Under the pieces are notes generated by a model. The model was not told the DNA's origin. It made no database searches and worked only from the letters and a program-made list of their open reading frames with translations. This document shows, in pieces, positions 1 through 9,884 of a DNA stretch of 64,000 bases (position 1 is the stretch's first letter; each line of letters opens with the position of its first letter). The position numbers and the translations under genes are program-made. The stretch is from sequence record SRR31156797_14741. One strand, given 5' to 3'.

Positions 1-73
1 GGGGGTTTAGCTCAGCTGGGAGAGCATCTGCCTTACAAGCAGAGGGTCAGCGGTTCGATCCCGTTAACCCCCA
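1..73 (+). tRNA. tRNA-Val(TAC)
   Basis: Cloverleaf with TAGCTCAG D-arm, anticodon TAC and GGTTCGATC T-loop. Confidence 0.95.
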
Positions 74-76
74 TAT

Positions 77-149
77 GAGTCGTTAGCTCAGTTGGTAGAG
101 CATCTGACTTTTAATCAGAGGGTCACAGGTTCGAGCCCTGTACGACTCA
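77..149 (+). tRNA. tRNA-Lys(TTT)
   Basis: GAGTCGT/ACGACTC acceptor stem; anticodon loop CTTTTAA. Confidence 0.95.
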
Positions 150-163
150 TAGTAATAACCTAT

Positions 164-245
164 GCGGGTGTGGCGGAATTGGCAGACGCACTAGATTTAG
201 GATCTAGCGCCTTCGGGCGTGGGGGTTCAAGTCCCTTCACCCGCA
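164..245 (+). tRNA. tRNA-Leu(TAG)
   Basis: GCGGGTG/CACCCGC stem, long variable arm, anticodon TAG. Confidence 0.95.
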
Positions 246-252
246 CTTCATT

Positions 253-325
253 GCCGGCTTAGCTCAGTTGGTAGAGCATCTGATTTGTAATCAGAGGGTC
301 GAGGGTTCAAGTCCTTTAGCCGGCA
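253..325 (+). tRNA. tRNA-Thr(TGT)
   Basis: GCCGGCT/AGCCGGC stem; anticodon TGT. Confidence 0.95.
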
Positions 326-335
326 TCAGGAATAC

Positions 336-407
336 GCGGAAATAGCTCAGTGGTAGAGCACCACCTTGCCAAGGTGGGGGTCGCGGGTTCGAACCCCGTT
401 TTCCGCT
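336..407 (+). tRNA. tRNA-Gly(GCC)
   Basis: GCGGAAA/TTTCCGC stem; anticodon GCC. Confidence 0.95.
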
Positions 408-425
408 TTGCCTTAGCAATTTTCA

Positions 426-511
426 GCCGGGGTGGCGGAACTGGCAGACGCACAGGACTTAAAATCCTGCGGTGAGTGATCACCGTACCGGTTCGATTCC
501 GGTCCTCGGCA
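426..511 (+). tRNA. tRNA-Leu(TAA)
   Basis: GCCGGGG/CCTCGGC stem, long variable arm, anticodon TAA. Confidence 0.95.
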
Positions 512-522
512 TTTCATAATAT

Positions 523-596
523 GCGCCCATAGCTCAATTGGATAGAGTGTTTGACTACGGATCAAAAGGTTAGGGGTTCGACTCCTCTTGGGCGCG
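523..596 (+). tRNA. tRNA-Arg(ACG)
   Basis: GCGCCCA/TGGGCGC stem; anticodon ACG. Confidence 0.95.
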
Positions 597-626
597 TAGT
601 CTTTTTATTTGTTTCATTTTTATTAT

Positions 627-700
627 CGGGAAGTAGCTCAGCTTGGTAGAGCACTTGGTTTGGGACCAAGGGGTCGCAGGTTCGAATCCTGTCTTCCCGA
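627..700 (+). tRNA. tRNA-Pro(TGG)
   Basis: CGGGAAG/CTTCCCG stem; anticodon TGG. Confidence 0.95.
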
Positions 701-709
701 TTTTTTGAT

Positions 710-738
710 GCCTGAAGCATTCGCTTCAGGCTTTTTTT
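710..738 (+). terminator. Intrinsic terminator of the tRNA array
   Basis: GCCTGAAGC-ATTC-GCTTCAGGC followed by T7. Confidence 0.85.
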
Positions 739-803
739 GTGTTTTCAGCCAGTGAGAAGACCTGAAAATATGATACAATAGTAAAAAACGAGGAGGAAAT
801 TGT

Positions 804-1688
804 TTGAAGGGACAAATCATCAAAGCGCTAAGCGGATTTTATTATGTGGCATCAGAAGATGAAATCTTTCAAACCCGCGCTCGAGGAAATTTTCGAAATC
901 GAAAAATCACTCCTTTGGTTGGGGATGAAGTGATTTTTGAAAGCAGCAATCAAACAGACGGCTATCTTTTAGAGATCTTGCCGCGAAAAAATGAGCTGGT
1001 TCGACCGCCAGTCGCAAATGTGGATCAAGGAGTGGTCGTGACAAGTCTAGTTGAGCCGAACTTTTCCTATAATCTATTGGATCGCTTTTTGGTGACCTTA
1101 GAGTATGAGGGGATCGAACCGATCATCTTTTTGACAAAAGCGGATCTTGTGAAAGATCTTGCCGCAATGAAAGCAATTGAGGAGACCTATCAAGCAATTG
1201 GCTACCACGTGATCACGTCAAAAGCAGAAGGCGAAGATCTATTGGAACTTCAACGGTACTTCCCTGAGCGGATCACCGTCTTTATGGGGCAATCCGGTGC
1301 TGGAAAGTCTACGCTATTGAATCGAATCGTCCCGGAATTGGCATTGGAAACAGGAGTGATCTCAGAATCTCTCGGACGGGGGAAACATACGACCCGTCAT
1401 GTGGAGCTCTTGCCGATTTGTGATGGATTGGTTGCCGATACACCAGGATTTAGTTCGATCGATTTTCTGGAAATCGAAGCAGTAGAGTTACCAAAGCTCT
1501 TCCCTGATTTTTTAGCAGTAGCTTCCAACTGCCGCTTTAGGGAGTGTATGCACCTCAATGAACCTGATTGTGCAGTTAAACAGGGAGTTGCAGCAAATGA
1601 GATTGCTGCAACTCGTTACAAAAATTACGTGCAATTTTTAGAAGAGATTGAAAACCGACGTCCGGTTTATAAAAAGAAGAAAAAGTGA
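804..1688 (+). CDS. rsgA: Ribosome small subunit-dependent GTPase A
   Basis: OB-fold N-terminus, circularly permuted GTPase motifs (TKAD, GQSGAGKS, GKHTT, DTPG), CRFRECMHLNEPDC Zn site; TTG start with GAGGAGG RBS. Confidence 0.96.
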   Translation: MKGQIIKALSGFYYVASEDEIFQTRARGNFRNRKITPLVGDEVIFESSNQTDGYLLEILPRKNELVRPPVANVDQGVVVTSLVEPNFSYNLLDRFLVTLEYEGIEPIIFLTKADLVKDLAAMKAIEETYQAIGYHVITSKAEGEDLLELQRYFPERITVFMGQSGAGKSTLLNRIVPELALETGVISESLGRGKHTTRHVELLPICDGLVADTPGFSSIDFLEIEAVELPKLFPDFLAVASNCRFRECMHLNEPDCAVKQGVAANEIAATRYKNYVQFLEEIENRRPVYKKKKK

Positions 1689-1697
1689 GGGAAAAGC

Positions 1698-2351
1698 ATG
1701 ATGAAACTAGCACCATCTATTTTAAGTGCCGATTTTGCAAATCTTCAAAGAGACATTGAGTTAGTGGAACGCCATGGCGCAGATTACATTCACGTAGACG
1801 TGATGGACGGTCATTTCGTCCCTAATATTACCTTAGGCCCAAACATCGTTAAAGCGATTCGCCCAGTTACCAAGCTGCCGTTGGATGTTCATCTAATGAT
1901 CACCGAGCCAGAAAAGTATATCCATGCCTTCGCGGAAGCTGGCGCAGATATCATTGGTATCCACGCGGAAGCAACGCCTCATATCCATCGTGCGATCCAA
2001 ATGATTGTGGCAGAAAATGTCAAAGCAGAAATCGTCATCAACCCAGGTACACCAGTTTCAGCCATTGAACATGTTTTATCCATGTGTGATCAAGTGTTAG
2101 TTATGACGGTTAATCCAGGGTTTGGTGGGCAATCCTTTATTGAAGAATCACTGGAAAAAATTGCGGCGCTGGCTGCTTTAAAAGAAGAAAAAGGCTACCG
2201 TTATGATATCGAAGTAGATGGCGGGATCGTTCCTGAGACAGCCAAACGCTGCCTGGAAGCAGGCGCAAATGTCTTTGTAGCAGGAAGCTATATTTACGAT
2301 GCCGATGAACCTGCGGCGCAAATCAGAGCCTTGAAAGAAGCTTTGCAATAA
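1698..2351 (+). CDS. rpe: Ribulose-phosphate 3-epimerase
   Basis: APSILSADF, HVDVMDGHFVPN, MTVNPGFGGQ, VDGG motifs. Confidence 0.96.
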   Translation: MMKLAPSILSADFANLQRDIELVERHGADYIHVDVMDGHFVPNITLGPNIVKAIRPVTKLPLDVHLMITEPEKYIHAFAEAGADIIGIHAEATPHIHRAIQMIVAENVKAEIVINPGTPVSAIEHVLSMCDQVLVMTVNPGFGGQSFIEESLEKIAALAALKEEKGYRYDIEVDGGIVPETAKRCLEAGANVFVAGSYIYDADEPAAQIRALKEALQ

Positions 2352-2984
2352 ATGAAGATTTTGTTAGCGGCAGGTGGAAGTCCTGAAAATTGGCCACAGT
2401 TGATGGCGTATGATAAATACATTGGAATTGATCGTGGGGCCCTGTTTTTGCTTCAGCACCAACGGCCAGTCGATCTGGCAATCGGTGATTTCGACTCCCT
2501 GACCGCAGCAGAACTGCAAGCGGTCAAACAACAAGTTAAGACAGTGATCCAAGCCCCTGCTGAAAAAGATGATACAGATACTCAATTGGCATTGGTTGAG
2601 ACGTTGCGTCTTTATCCAGAAGCGCAAATCGACGTGATTGGTGCAACGGGGGGACGCCTTGACCATCTTTTAGCCAATCTGTGGTTAGTTTTAGAAGATC
2701 GGTTTCGTCCATTTGCCCCAAATTTGCGTTTTTTAGATCGTCAAAATGTCGTTCAGTTCTTTTTACCAGGCACCTATCAATTGGAAAAAGAACCTGGGAT
2801 GCAGTATTTGGCGTATTGCTGTTTGACGCCGGTAACAGATTTGACGTTAACAGGTAGCAAGTATTTATTAGAAAACGTCCAAGTACCGTACCCAACTTCT
2901 TATGCTAGCAATGAATTTCTGACACAAACAGCAGGTTTTTCCTTTAGCAGCGGGATGATAGCAGTCATTCAAAGTTGTGATTAA
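2352..2984 (+). CDS. thiN: Thiamine pyrophosphokinase
   Basis: DRGA, GDFDS, KDDTDT, GGRLDH, SNE motifs. Confidence 0.93.
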   Translation: MKILLAAGGSPENWPQLMAYDKYIGIDRGALFLLQHQRPVDLAIGDFDSLTAAELQAVKQQVKTVIQAPAEKDDTDTQLALVETLRLYPEAQIDVIGATGGRLDHLLANLWLVLEDRFRPFAPNLRFLDRQNVVQFFLPGTYQLEKEPGMQYLAYCCLTPVTDLTLTGSKYLLENVQVPYPTSYASNEFLTQTAGFSFSSGMIAVIQSCD

Positions 2985-3007
2985 GAGACGGAACGTCTCT
3001 TTTTTTT
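2984..3007 (+). terminator. Intrinsic terminator after thiN
   Basis: AGAGACG-GAA-CGTCTCT followed by a T-tract. Confidence 0.75.
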
Positions 3008-3126
3008 GTTGAAAATTTCAGAAACTTAATTACAAAAAAAACATTAAGACGGACAACTTAGCTTTTGTTTGCAGGGTATTAATGGTAAAATTGGAACTAC
3101 AGTTTGGAATTATTTGAGGTGTCTTT

Positions 3127-3984
3127 GTGAAAAAGTTTAATCCTAATAAAAATATTATCATCACATTGATTATTGTGATTTTAGTTGTCACCGTATTAAG
3201 CGTGACGATCGCCCGCCGAGCAGCGGGAAACTCCACCAATGCCGTGCAATCTACGGTCAATGACTCCGTTGGCTTTATCGATAAAATGATTACCGCTCCT
3301 TTTCGTTGGATCGAAAATGGTGCCAATTCAGTCAAAAATTTGTTTGTGACCTATGAAGAAAATGAACGTTTAAAAGAGAAATTGGACAGTTTTGAGGAAC
3401 TGGAACAAGCGAAGGACAATGCGCAAAGAGAAATCGATGCCTTGAAAGAAGAGCTAGAGCTGAATGCAACCTTGACGAATTATGAACGGATCTCCGCCAA
3501 TGTCATCAATCGGTCACCTGATACTTGGCAAGATATGCTGATCGTGGACCGAGGCTCAAGAGATGGCGTTGAGGTCAACATGGCAGTCATGTCGCAAAAA
3601 GGCTTGATTGGTCGTGTCATTGAGGTCAATGCAGCTTCTTCTAAAATTGAACTTTTGACTTCTGAAAACCAGAATTCCAACCACTATCCGGTTCGGATCA
3701 GCGGCGAAGATGGGTCAAACTTTGGGATCCTAAGTAGTTACGATCAAAAAGAACGTTCCTTAGTCATTACCCAATTGACGGGGGACAATGAGCTGAAGGA
3801 AGGCGATGTCGTGCAGACCTCTGGATTAGGAGGAAACTCGCCCGCCGACTTAGCGATCGGAACAGTGATCCGTACCACCAAAGATGAGTTTGGTCTTGAT
3901 ACCCAAGTATTTGTAAAACCGTATGCCCAAATGTATGATATTCAAGCAGTAACGATTATCAAACGCTTGGCAGGTGAGGAATAG
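3127..3984 (+). CDS. mreC: Rod shape-determining protein MreC
   Basis: N-terminal TM, coiled coil, DRGSRDGV..NMAV..GLIGRV and TSGLGG motifs. Confidence 0.95.
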   Translation: MKKFNPNKNIIITLIIVILVVTVLSVTIARRAAGNSTNAVQSTVNDSVGFIDKMITAPFRWIENGANSVKNLFVTYEENERLKEKLDSFEELEQAKDNAQREIDALKEELELNATLTNYERISANVINRSPDTWQDMLIVDRGSRDGVEVNMAVMSQKGLIGRVIEVNAASSKIELLTSENQNSNHYPVRISGEDGSNFGILSSYDQKERSLVITQLTGDNELKEGDVVQTSGLGGNSPADLAIGTVIRTTKDEFGLDTQVFVKPYAQMYDIQAVTIIKRLAGEE

Positions 3985-3986
3985 CC

Positions 3987-4496
3987 ATGAAAAAGCATGA
4001 CTACATCAAATACCTGGCAGCGGGCGTCTTCTTTTTGATGATGTTGGCAGATGGACAACTGACGCGTTTTTTGGAAAAATGGACCCAAGACAATTATATC
4101 GCCAGTGCGCATCTTTTATTGATCGCCCTTTTATGTGGCGCGAAGTATTTGCCGAAAAACTTTTTGATTACCACGGCGCTGGTGATCGGCTGTCTCTATG
4201 ACGTGTATTATGTCGGTGTGATCGGCATCTACACGGTGGCGTTTCCCTTGATCGTGTGGATTATGTATATTTTGAAAAATACGCTTTATCAAAATGTATT
4301 TACCATGTTTTTCGGAATGATCATCTTTGTTACCAGCTTAGAAGTTGTGACATTGGGGGTTCAATTGCTGTTTAAGATCGCATCAGTTAGCACGTCATTC
4401 TTTGTTTCCCGCTTTTTAGCACCAACGCTTTTATTGAACATCCTTTTGTTTATCCTTTTAGTTGTTCCATTCATGAAGCTATTCAAAGACGAATAG
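3987..4496 (+). CDS. mreD: Rod shape-determining protein MreD
   Basis: Multi-TM protein directly after mreC, with GCLYDVYYVGVIG motif. Confidence 0.92.
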   Translation: MKKHDYIKYLAAGVFFLMMLADGQLTRFLEKWTQDNYIASAHLLLIALLCGAKYLPKNFLITTALVIGCLYDVYYVGVIGIYTVAFPLIVWIMYILKNTLYQNVFTMFFGMIIFVTSLEVVTLGVQLLFKIASVSTSFFVSRFLAPTLLLNILLFILLVVPFMKLFKDE

Positions 4497-4538
4497 CTTC
4501 ATTTTTTTTGCGTTTGACTGTATAAAAATAACAGAGAT

Positions 4539-4555
4539 TGAAATGTTTTTGTAAT
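4539..4555 (+). promoter_or_regulatory. Putative WalR (VicR) box
   Basis: TGAAAT-N5-TGTAAT, one mismatch to TGTWAH-N5-TGTWAH, upstream of a PcsB/SagA-type hydrolase. Confidence 0.5.
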
Positions 4556-4681
4556 ATTCCTTTTATCTCTCTGACATACGGCTGTGTTACAATCACACTA
4601 TCGTGAAGGACTTTAGGTATTCTTAAGCATTTATACATAAAAAAACCATATTAGGGGAAGCAACAGCCGGAGGAATGAAGA

Positions 4682-6043
4682 GTGAAAAAGCGAATTTTAT
4701 CTTTATTGTTAGTAAGTTCAATTGTTCTTACTTCTGCAGCAGCACCGACACTTGTCTTTGCATCAGATTTTGACAATAAAATTGAAGAAAAAAATCAAGA
4801 GATCTCTGACTTGCAAAACCAGCAAGCGAGCATCCAGTCACAAGTAGCAGCACTTGAAAGCGACGTGACTGCAATCAATGAAAAAGCCCAAACTTTGTTG
4901 CAACAACAAGGGGATTTGCGTGCGGATTCTGAAAAGTTGAAGCAAGAAATTGCCGATTTGAAAGTCAGAATCGAAAAGCGTGAAGAAGCGATCCAAAAAC
5001 AAGCTCGTGATGTTCAAGTCAATGGACAAAGCACGAACTTTATTGATGCAGTATTAGAAGCTGACTCTTTAACAGATGCTATTGGCCGTGTGCAAGCAAT
5101 GACGACGATCGTCAATGCTAACAAAGATCTTGTGGATCAACAAAAAGCAGACCAAGAAGCAGTTGAAGCGAAAAAAGCGGAAAACGACGATAAATTGGCA
5201 GAGATCGCAGCGAACCAATTTGAATTAGAAACACAATTAGGGGATCTACAAGCCAAACAAGCTGATTTGAATGTTTTGCAAGCGGAATTGGCTGTTCAAC
5301 AAGCATCTAAAGAAGATGAAAAAGCTGATTTAGAAAAACAAAAAGAAGAATACGAAGCAGAACAAGCTCGCATCGCTGCAGAAGAAGCGGCGGCAGCAGC
5401 AGCTCGTGAACAAGCAGCACAAGAAGCAGCGGCTCAAGAAGCGGCAGCAGCTGAAGCAGCTACTCAGGAAGCAGCACCAAGCGAATCTTCAACGTCGAAT
5501 TCAACGACATCAAGCGCCACAACAAATTCTAGTACGACGACTGATACTACGCAAGGCAGTTCATCACAAGGCAGCGGTTCAGCAAATACGACACCATCGA
5601 CACCTGTCAATAATAACAATAGCAATAACAACCAAGGATCAAATAATAGCAGCAACGGTTCAAGCAGTACTCCTGCACCCGCACAAACGGTCAATGGTTC
5701 AGCAATCGTAGCAGAAGCAATGAAATACATTGGTACCCCTTATGTTTGGGGTGGTACGACACCAGACGGCTTTGACTGTTCTGGCTTTACACAATATGTA
5801 TTTGCTAAAGTTGGGATCTCATTACCACGGGTAACTTACGCACAAGAATTTTCCGGTACGGTAATTTCGATCAACGAAGCAAAAGCCGGTGACTTGTTAT
5901 TCTGGGGTAGCCGCGGAAGCACACACCACGTGGCGATCGCTATGGGTAACGGACAATACGTTCATGCACCAACACCTGGTCAAAATGTTTCTGTCAGCAG
6001 TTACTCTTATTACTCACCAGATTTCGCGGTGCGCGTAAACTAA
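4682..6043 (+). CDS. Secreted coiled-coil NlpC/P60 peptidoglycan endopeptidase (SagA/PcsB/CwlO-like)
   Basis: Signal peptide, PcsB coiled coil, Ala/Glu then Ser/Thr/Asn linker, PYVWGG..FDCSG..HVAI..HAP catalytic domain; follows mreCD. Confidence 0.9.
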   Translation: MKKRILSLLLVSSIVLTSAAAPTLVFASDFDNKIEEKNQEISDLQNQQASIQSQVAALESDVTAINEKAQTLLQQQGDLRADSEKLKQEIADLKVRIEKREEAIQKQARDVQVNGQSTNFIDAVLEADSLTDAIGRVQAMTTIVNANKDLVDQQKADQEAVEAKKAENDDKLAEIAANQFELETQLGDLQAKQADLNVLQAELAVQQASKEDEKADLEKQKEEYEAEQARIAAEEAAAAAAREQAAQEAAAQEAAAAEAATQEAAPSESSTSNSTTSSATTNSSTTTDTTQGSSSQGSGSANTTPSTPVNNNNSNNNQGSNNSSNGSSSTPAPAQTVNGSAIVAEAMKYIGTPYVWGGTTPDGFDCSGFTQYVFAKVGISLPRVTYAQEFSGTVISINEAKAGDLLFWGSRGSTHHVAIAMGNGQYVHAPTPGQNVSVSSYSYYSPDFAVRVN

Positions 6044-6061
6044 ATCAATTGAAGCTACTTC

Positions 6062-6091
6062 AAAAGCTGGCGTTTTACGTCAGCTTTTTTT
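6062..6091 (+). terminator. Intrinsic terminator
   Basis: AAAAGCTGGCG/CGTCAGCTTTT stem plus T-tract. Confidence 0.75.
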
Positions 6092-6178
6092 GATTTCTGT
6101 TTTAAAAAACGTATGCTTTTTTTGTTTTCAGTCTTGCCAGAACATCTTATAATAGAAAAGAGAAAGGAAGCGGATAAA

Positions 6179-7861
6179 ATGAACAAGACCTCGTCTTCCA
6201 GAGAAAAAATGATAACGGTTAAGTTTTATACGAATTATCTTTCTCGCATGATGATGCCGAATCTAAGTATTTTTATTGCATGGATGCTGATTTCATTCCT
6301 GCTGCCTTTGTTTTCAGTCGATCAACAAGTGATCCAGCAAATGGAACAAGGGGTCTTGACTGTGTTGCTGCCCCTCATGATTGCTTATACAGGTGGGCAA
6401 ATGTTGGCACCTGAGCGAGGTGGGGTCGTAGGAGCAGTGGCGGTCTTAGGGGCTATTCTCGCAACGGATATTCCCCAAGTCTTTGGGGCGATGCTACTGG
6501 GTCCACTGGCAGGCTGGCTGTTGTATCGCAGTGATTCGTTCGTGAGTAAGGTCAAAAGTGGCTATGAGATGCTGGTGCGCAATTTTATTGCAGGTGCGCT
6601 TGGCGGACTCCTTTTTTTAGGTAGTTATTTCCTATTGGCGCCGCTTTTTAATTGGTTCAGTCTCGGCAGCTATCAGCTCGTGGATTATTTCGTTCGGCAA
6701 AATGTCTTGCCCTTTATTCATATCATTGTAGAACCATTGAAAGTTTTGTTTTTTAATAATATTGTCAACCATGGACTATTTACGCCGCTAGGAATCGAAG
6801 CCGCGGCAGTTAACGGTCAGTCGGTTTTATTTTTGATCGAGGCCAACCCCGGTCCGGGATTAGGGGTCTTAGCGGCGTATCTTTTCTTTGGTTCAAAGCG
6901 AAACCGAACGAATGCCGCAGCATCCATTTTTGTGCAGGCTATTGGTGGGATTCATGAAGTGTATTTCCCGTTTGTTCTGCTCGATCCTTGGGTGTTGCTC
7001 GGTCCGATCGTTGGTGGTTTCAGCGGTACACTGATCTTCCAATTTTTAGGAGTAGGCTTGAGAGCACCGGCGTCCCCGGGCTCGATTTTGGCGATTTTAC
7101 TCAATACACCGGCTTCTATGATCCTTGGTGTCTTAACTGGGATTGTCGTCAGTACGGTCGTATCGTTTGCGATCGCTAGTGTGCTATTAAAACGGAAGAC
7201 CAATACAGAAAATGAGGAGCGTAAGATGCCGAAAATGAAGAAAGTCACGGAGATCGTCGTGGCCTGTGACGCAGGGATGGGGTCCAGTGCGATTGGTGCC
7301 AGCATACTAAAAAAACAGTTGCAAGAAGCCCAGCTAACGTTTCCTGTCCGCTATCAGTCGATTTATCGTGTGACGGATGATCCCAAGCTGTTAGTGATCA
7401 CCCAACGGGAATTAGCAGCTATTGCCCAAAAGCAGACACCACACGCACAGCATTATGTGTTAGATAATTTTTTGGCGGCAGATGAGTATGCCCCGCTGAT
7501 CCAAGAATTACAAAGAAGAGAACAGGATCCGCAAAAATCGCTGCAAACCGAGGCAGCAAGTTCGCTAGGGTTTTCAACGATCATCTTTTTGTATACTGGA
7601 AAAAAACGCGGTTCACAAACGATGGCAGTGGAGATACTAAGAAAAATGGCCCGCCAACAAGCGCTTCCTTTGACCATCAAAAAAATGGCATATGAAGGAC
7701 AAGCTCTTGATCCTAAGACAGTCTATATCCTCCCGAAAGAACTTGCAGAAAAGTGCCCGATCCCAGATGTTCCTTTACTGGTGGTGGATGATTTATTGAC
7801 GACAGATGCGTATCGTCAGTTACTGACAGAAGGAGTCGACTATGTTTTTGACCAATCGTGA
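6179..7861 (+). CDS. Mannitol-family PTS IICB (divergent paralog) with an extra C-terminal IIB-like domain
   Basis: MMMPN, EANPGPG, GGIHEVYFP, PASPGS and ACDAGMGSSA motifs; ATG at 6179 has an AAGGAAG RBS. Confidence 0.88.
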   Translation: MNKTSSSREKMITVKFYTNYLSRMMMPNLSIFIAWMLISFLLPLFSVDQQVIQQMEQGVLTVLLPLMIAYTGGQMLAPERGGVVGAVAVLGAILATDIPQVFGAMLLGPLAGWLLYRSDSFVSKVKSGYEMLVRNFIAGALGGLLFLGSYFLLAPLFNWFSLGSYQLVDYFVRQNVLPFIHIIVEPLKVLFFNNIVNHGLFTPLGIEAAAVNGQSVLFLIEANPGPGLGVLAAYLFFGSKRNRTNAAASIFVQAIGGIHEVYFPFVLLDPWVLLGPIVGGFSGTLIFQFLGVGLRAPASPGSILAILLNTPASMILGVLTGIVVSTVVSFAIASVLLKRKTNTENEERKMPKMKKVTEIVVACDAGMGSSAIGASILKKQLQEAQLTFPVRYQSIYRVTDDPKLLVITQRELAAIAQKQTPHAQHYVLDNFLAADEYAPLIQELQRREQDPQKSLQTEAASSLGFSTIIFLYTGKKRGSQTMAVEILRKMARQQALPLTIKKMAYEGQALDPKTVYILPKELAEKCPIPDVPLLVVDDLLTTDAYRQLLTEGVDYVFDQS

Positions 7862-9872
7862 AACACTTTTATTAACGGAATTGATGAATAGTACCGGTCC
7901 AGTTTCTTTAGATCGCATGATGCAAGTCTTAAAAGTCAGTAAACGAACGGTGTACCGTGAACTGGCTAATCTAGAAAAATCCTTAGAAACAGTAGATGCT
8001 ACCTTAGAGAAGGTCGGTCGTGGTCATTTCCAAATTTTTGCATCAGAAACGAGCATTCGCCAATTGCAAGAAGCCATTATGGCAGATACCGATCAAGCAT
8101 TCGCGGCTAGTGAGCGACAACATCGTATTTTGTTGCAACTGACTACCGCCACGAAGCCTGTATCCAGTCATTTTTTCTTGGAGCGTTACCAAATCAGCAA
8201 TACGACGTTTTTTTCAGATATCAAACAGCTAGAAGAAAGTCTCGCACGGCTGCCGTTAAGGATCGTGCGCAATCAAGGGTATGAGATCGAAGGCTCCGAA
8301 AAATATCGGCGGTTGATCACAGCCAATACACTAGTGATGGAGATCAATGAGTACCAATTTTTCCATTTACTGGAAAGCGATGATGAAGCCCCGTTTATTT
8401 TTCAATTTCTGTCCCGCGACCACCTATTACTAGCCCAGCGGTTGATTCGCGAAACCATCGAGCCGCAGTTCAAGGAACTTAGTGACCGCAAATTGGCCTT
8501 TATCGTCTTGATGCTGGCGCTAGCCATGGATCGGGTAGCTTTGGGCTATACGGTGGAAGAAGAGACGTACCCGAGTCAGATCAACAAAGACTTGCTGAAG
8601 GTGGCGAAAAAGATTTTTGCTCAGATCGCCGAAAAGACCAAACTGCTTTATTCCATCAACGAAATCGTCTTTTTTGCCGTGTTACTAGGTGATTTTGCCA
8701 ATTCCTTTGATCGTGATTTTTTTGATGACAATTTTGATACTGACTTGGCTTATCGCGTGAAACGCTTGATCGAATTGGTCAGTGAGCAAACGGAAGTGGC
8801 GTTTTATGAAGACACGAACTTGTATAAAATGCTGCTGACCCATATCTCAGGAGTGATGACGCGGGCGATTTTAGAAGAAGATCATTTGAACAACCCTATC
8901 CTAGAAAAAATCATGAACCAGTATGTCGAGATCGCCAGCGGGATTCGCAATCATCTGCCGCAAGTCTTTCCGCAGCAGCAGTTCTCGGAAGAAGAAATCG
9001 CCTATATGGTCCTGCATTTTGCCAATTCGTTGGAAAAAAATCCGAAAGTGTTAGAAGTCAATATTGCAGGGATCTCTCCTAGCGGATTAGCCTCCATCAG
9101 TTTGTTAGAGATGCAGCTGCGGAAACATTTTCCCTTTATCAATCAAATCACCTTCTTTCGAGTGGGGGATGTCAAACGGGAAAACATCGAGGAGACCTAT
9201 GACTTGGTGATCTCGACTTCATTGCTACCAGGGTATCAAGGAGAGTACAAACTCGTTTCACCGATCCTGCTAGAAGAAGACATTCAAGAGTTGAAGAAGG
9301 CCTTCCAAGCCATTAGTCAGAAAAAACGTTCCGCCAAAAAAGCGCCCTCTGCTTTGGTCAAAGAGGAATCCTATGAAGCGGTCTTGGCTTTTATCGAAGC
9401 CATTAACCAGCTATTGGCGCTGTTTCAAGTGCAGGCCATTGATAACCCAGCGGACTTGGAAGAAACGTTGCAGCTGGTGCTGACGTTTTTTGATGAGCAT
9501 GTTGTTTTGGATCGTGAGAAAGTCGTTGATCGTCTCTTACGGCGCTACTTTCAAGCACCAGTGGGCATTCCTGATACCCACTTCGCCTTGTTTCACGCGG
9601 CGAGTTCGGCGATCCTGCAACCAGTTTTTCGTATTTTCGACTTGAAACAGCCTTTGCCACTTTTAGCGATGGATAAAAAAGAAATCGCTGTTACCCGTTT
9701 ATTAGTCATGCTGGCGCCCTATCCTATCAATGAAACAAGCTCTCAGATGTTAGGGAAGATCAGTGGTTCGATCATTATGAATGATCTAAATACGGAGATT
9801 TTTAATTCCGGCAATGATTCGATTATTTATCAGTTACTCTCTTCGCTCTTGATTGAAGAAGTAAAACAATAG
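7842..9872 (+). CDS. mtlR: PRD-containing mannitol operon activator
   Basis: HTH (VSKRTVYREL), Mga-like HTH, PRDs, EIIB-like and EIIA-like domains; located in the mtl locus. Confidence 0.88.
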   Translation: MFLTNRETLLLTELMNSTGPVSLDRMMQVLKVSKRTVYRELANLEKSLETVDATLEKVGRGHFQIFASETSIRQLQEAIMADTDQAFAASERQHRILLQLTTATKPVSSHFFLERYQISNTTFFSDIKQLEESLARLPLRIVRNQGYEIEGSEKYRRLITANTLVMEINEYQFFHLLESDDEAPFIFQFLSRDHLLLAQRLIRETIEPQFKELSDRKLAFIVLMLALAMDRVALGYTVEEETYPSQINKDLLKVAKKIFAQIAEKTKLLYSINEIVFFAVLLGDFANSFDRDFFDDNFDTDLAYRVKRLIELVSEQTEVAFYEDTNLYKMLLTHISGVMTRAILEEDHLNNPILEKIMNQYVEIASGIRNHLPQVFPQQQFSEEEIAYMVLHFANSLEKNPKVLEVNIAGISPSGLASISLLEMQLRKHFPFINQITFFRVGDVKRENIEETYDLVISTSLLPGYQGEYKLVSPILLEEDIQELKKAFQAISQKKRSAKKAPSALVKEESYEAVLAFIEAINQLLALFQVQAIDNPADLEETLQLVLTFFDEHVVLDREKVVDRLLRRYFQAPVGIPDTHFALFHAASSAILQPVFRIFDLKQPLPLLAMDKKEIAVTRLLVMLAPYPINETSSQMLGKISGSIIMNDLNTEIFNSGNDSIIYQLLSSLLIEEVKQ

Positions 9873-9884
9873 GAGGGATCAGCG

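Noticed and set aside
638-823. 61-aa minus-strand ORF (SGRQDSNLRPLGPKPSALP)
   Set aside because: Antisense translation of tRNA-Pro and its terminator, a classic spurious ORF
5380-5680. GCA-rich and AAT/AAC-rich tandem-like repeats and overlapping ORFs
   Set aside because: Explained by the Ala/Glu and Ser/Thr/Asn linker of the NlpC/P60 hydrolase; no repeat-spacer structure
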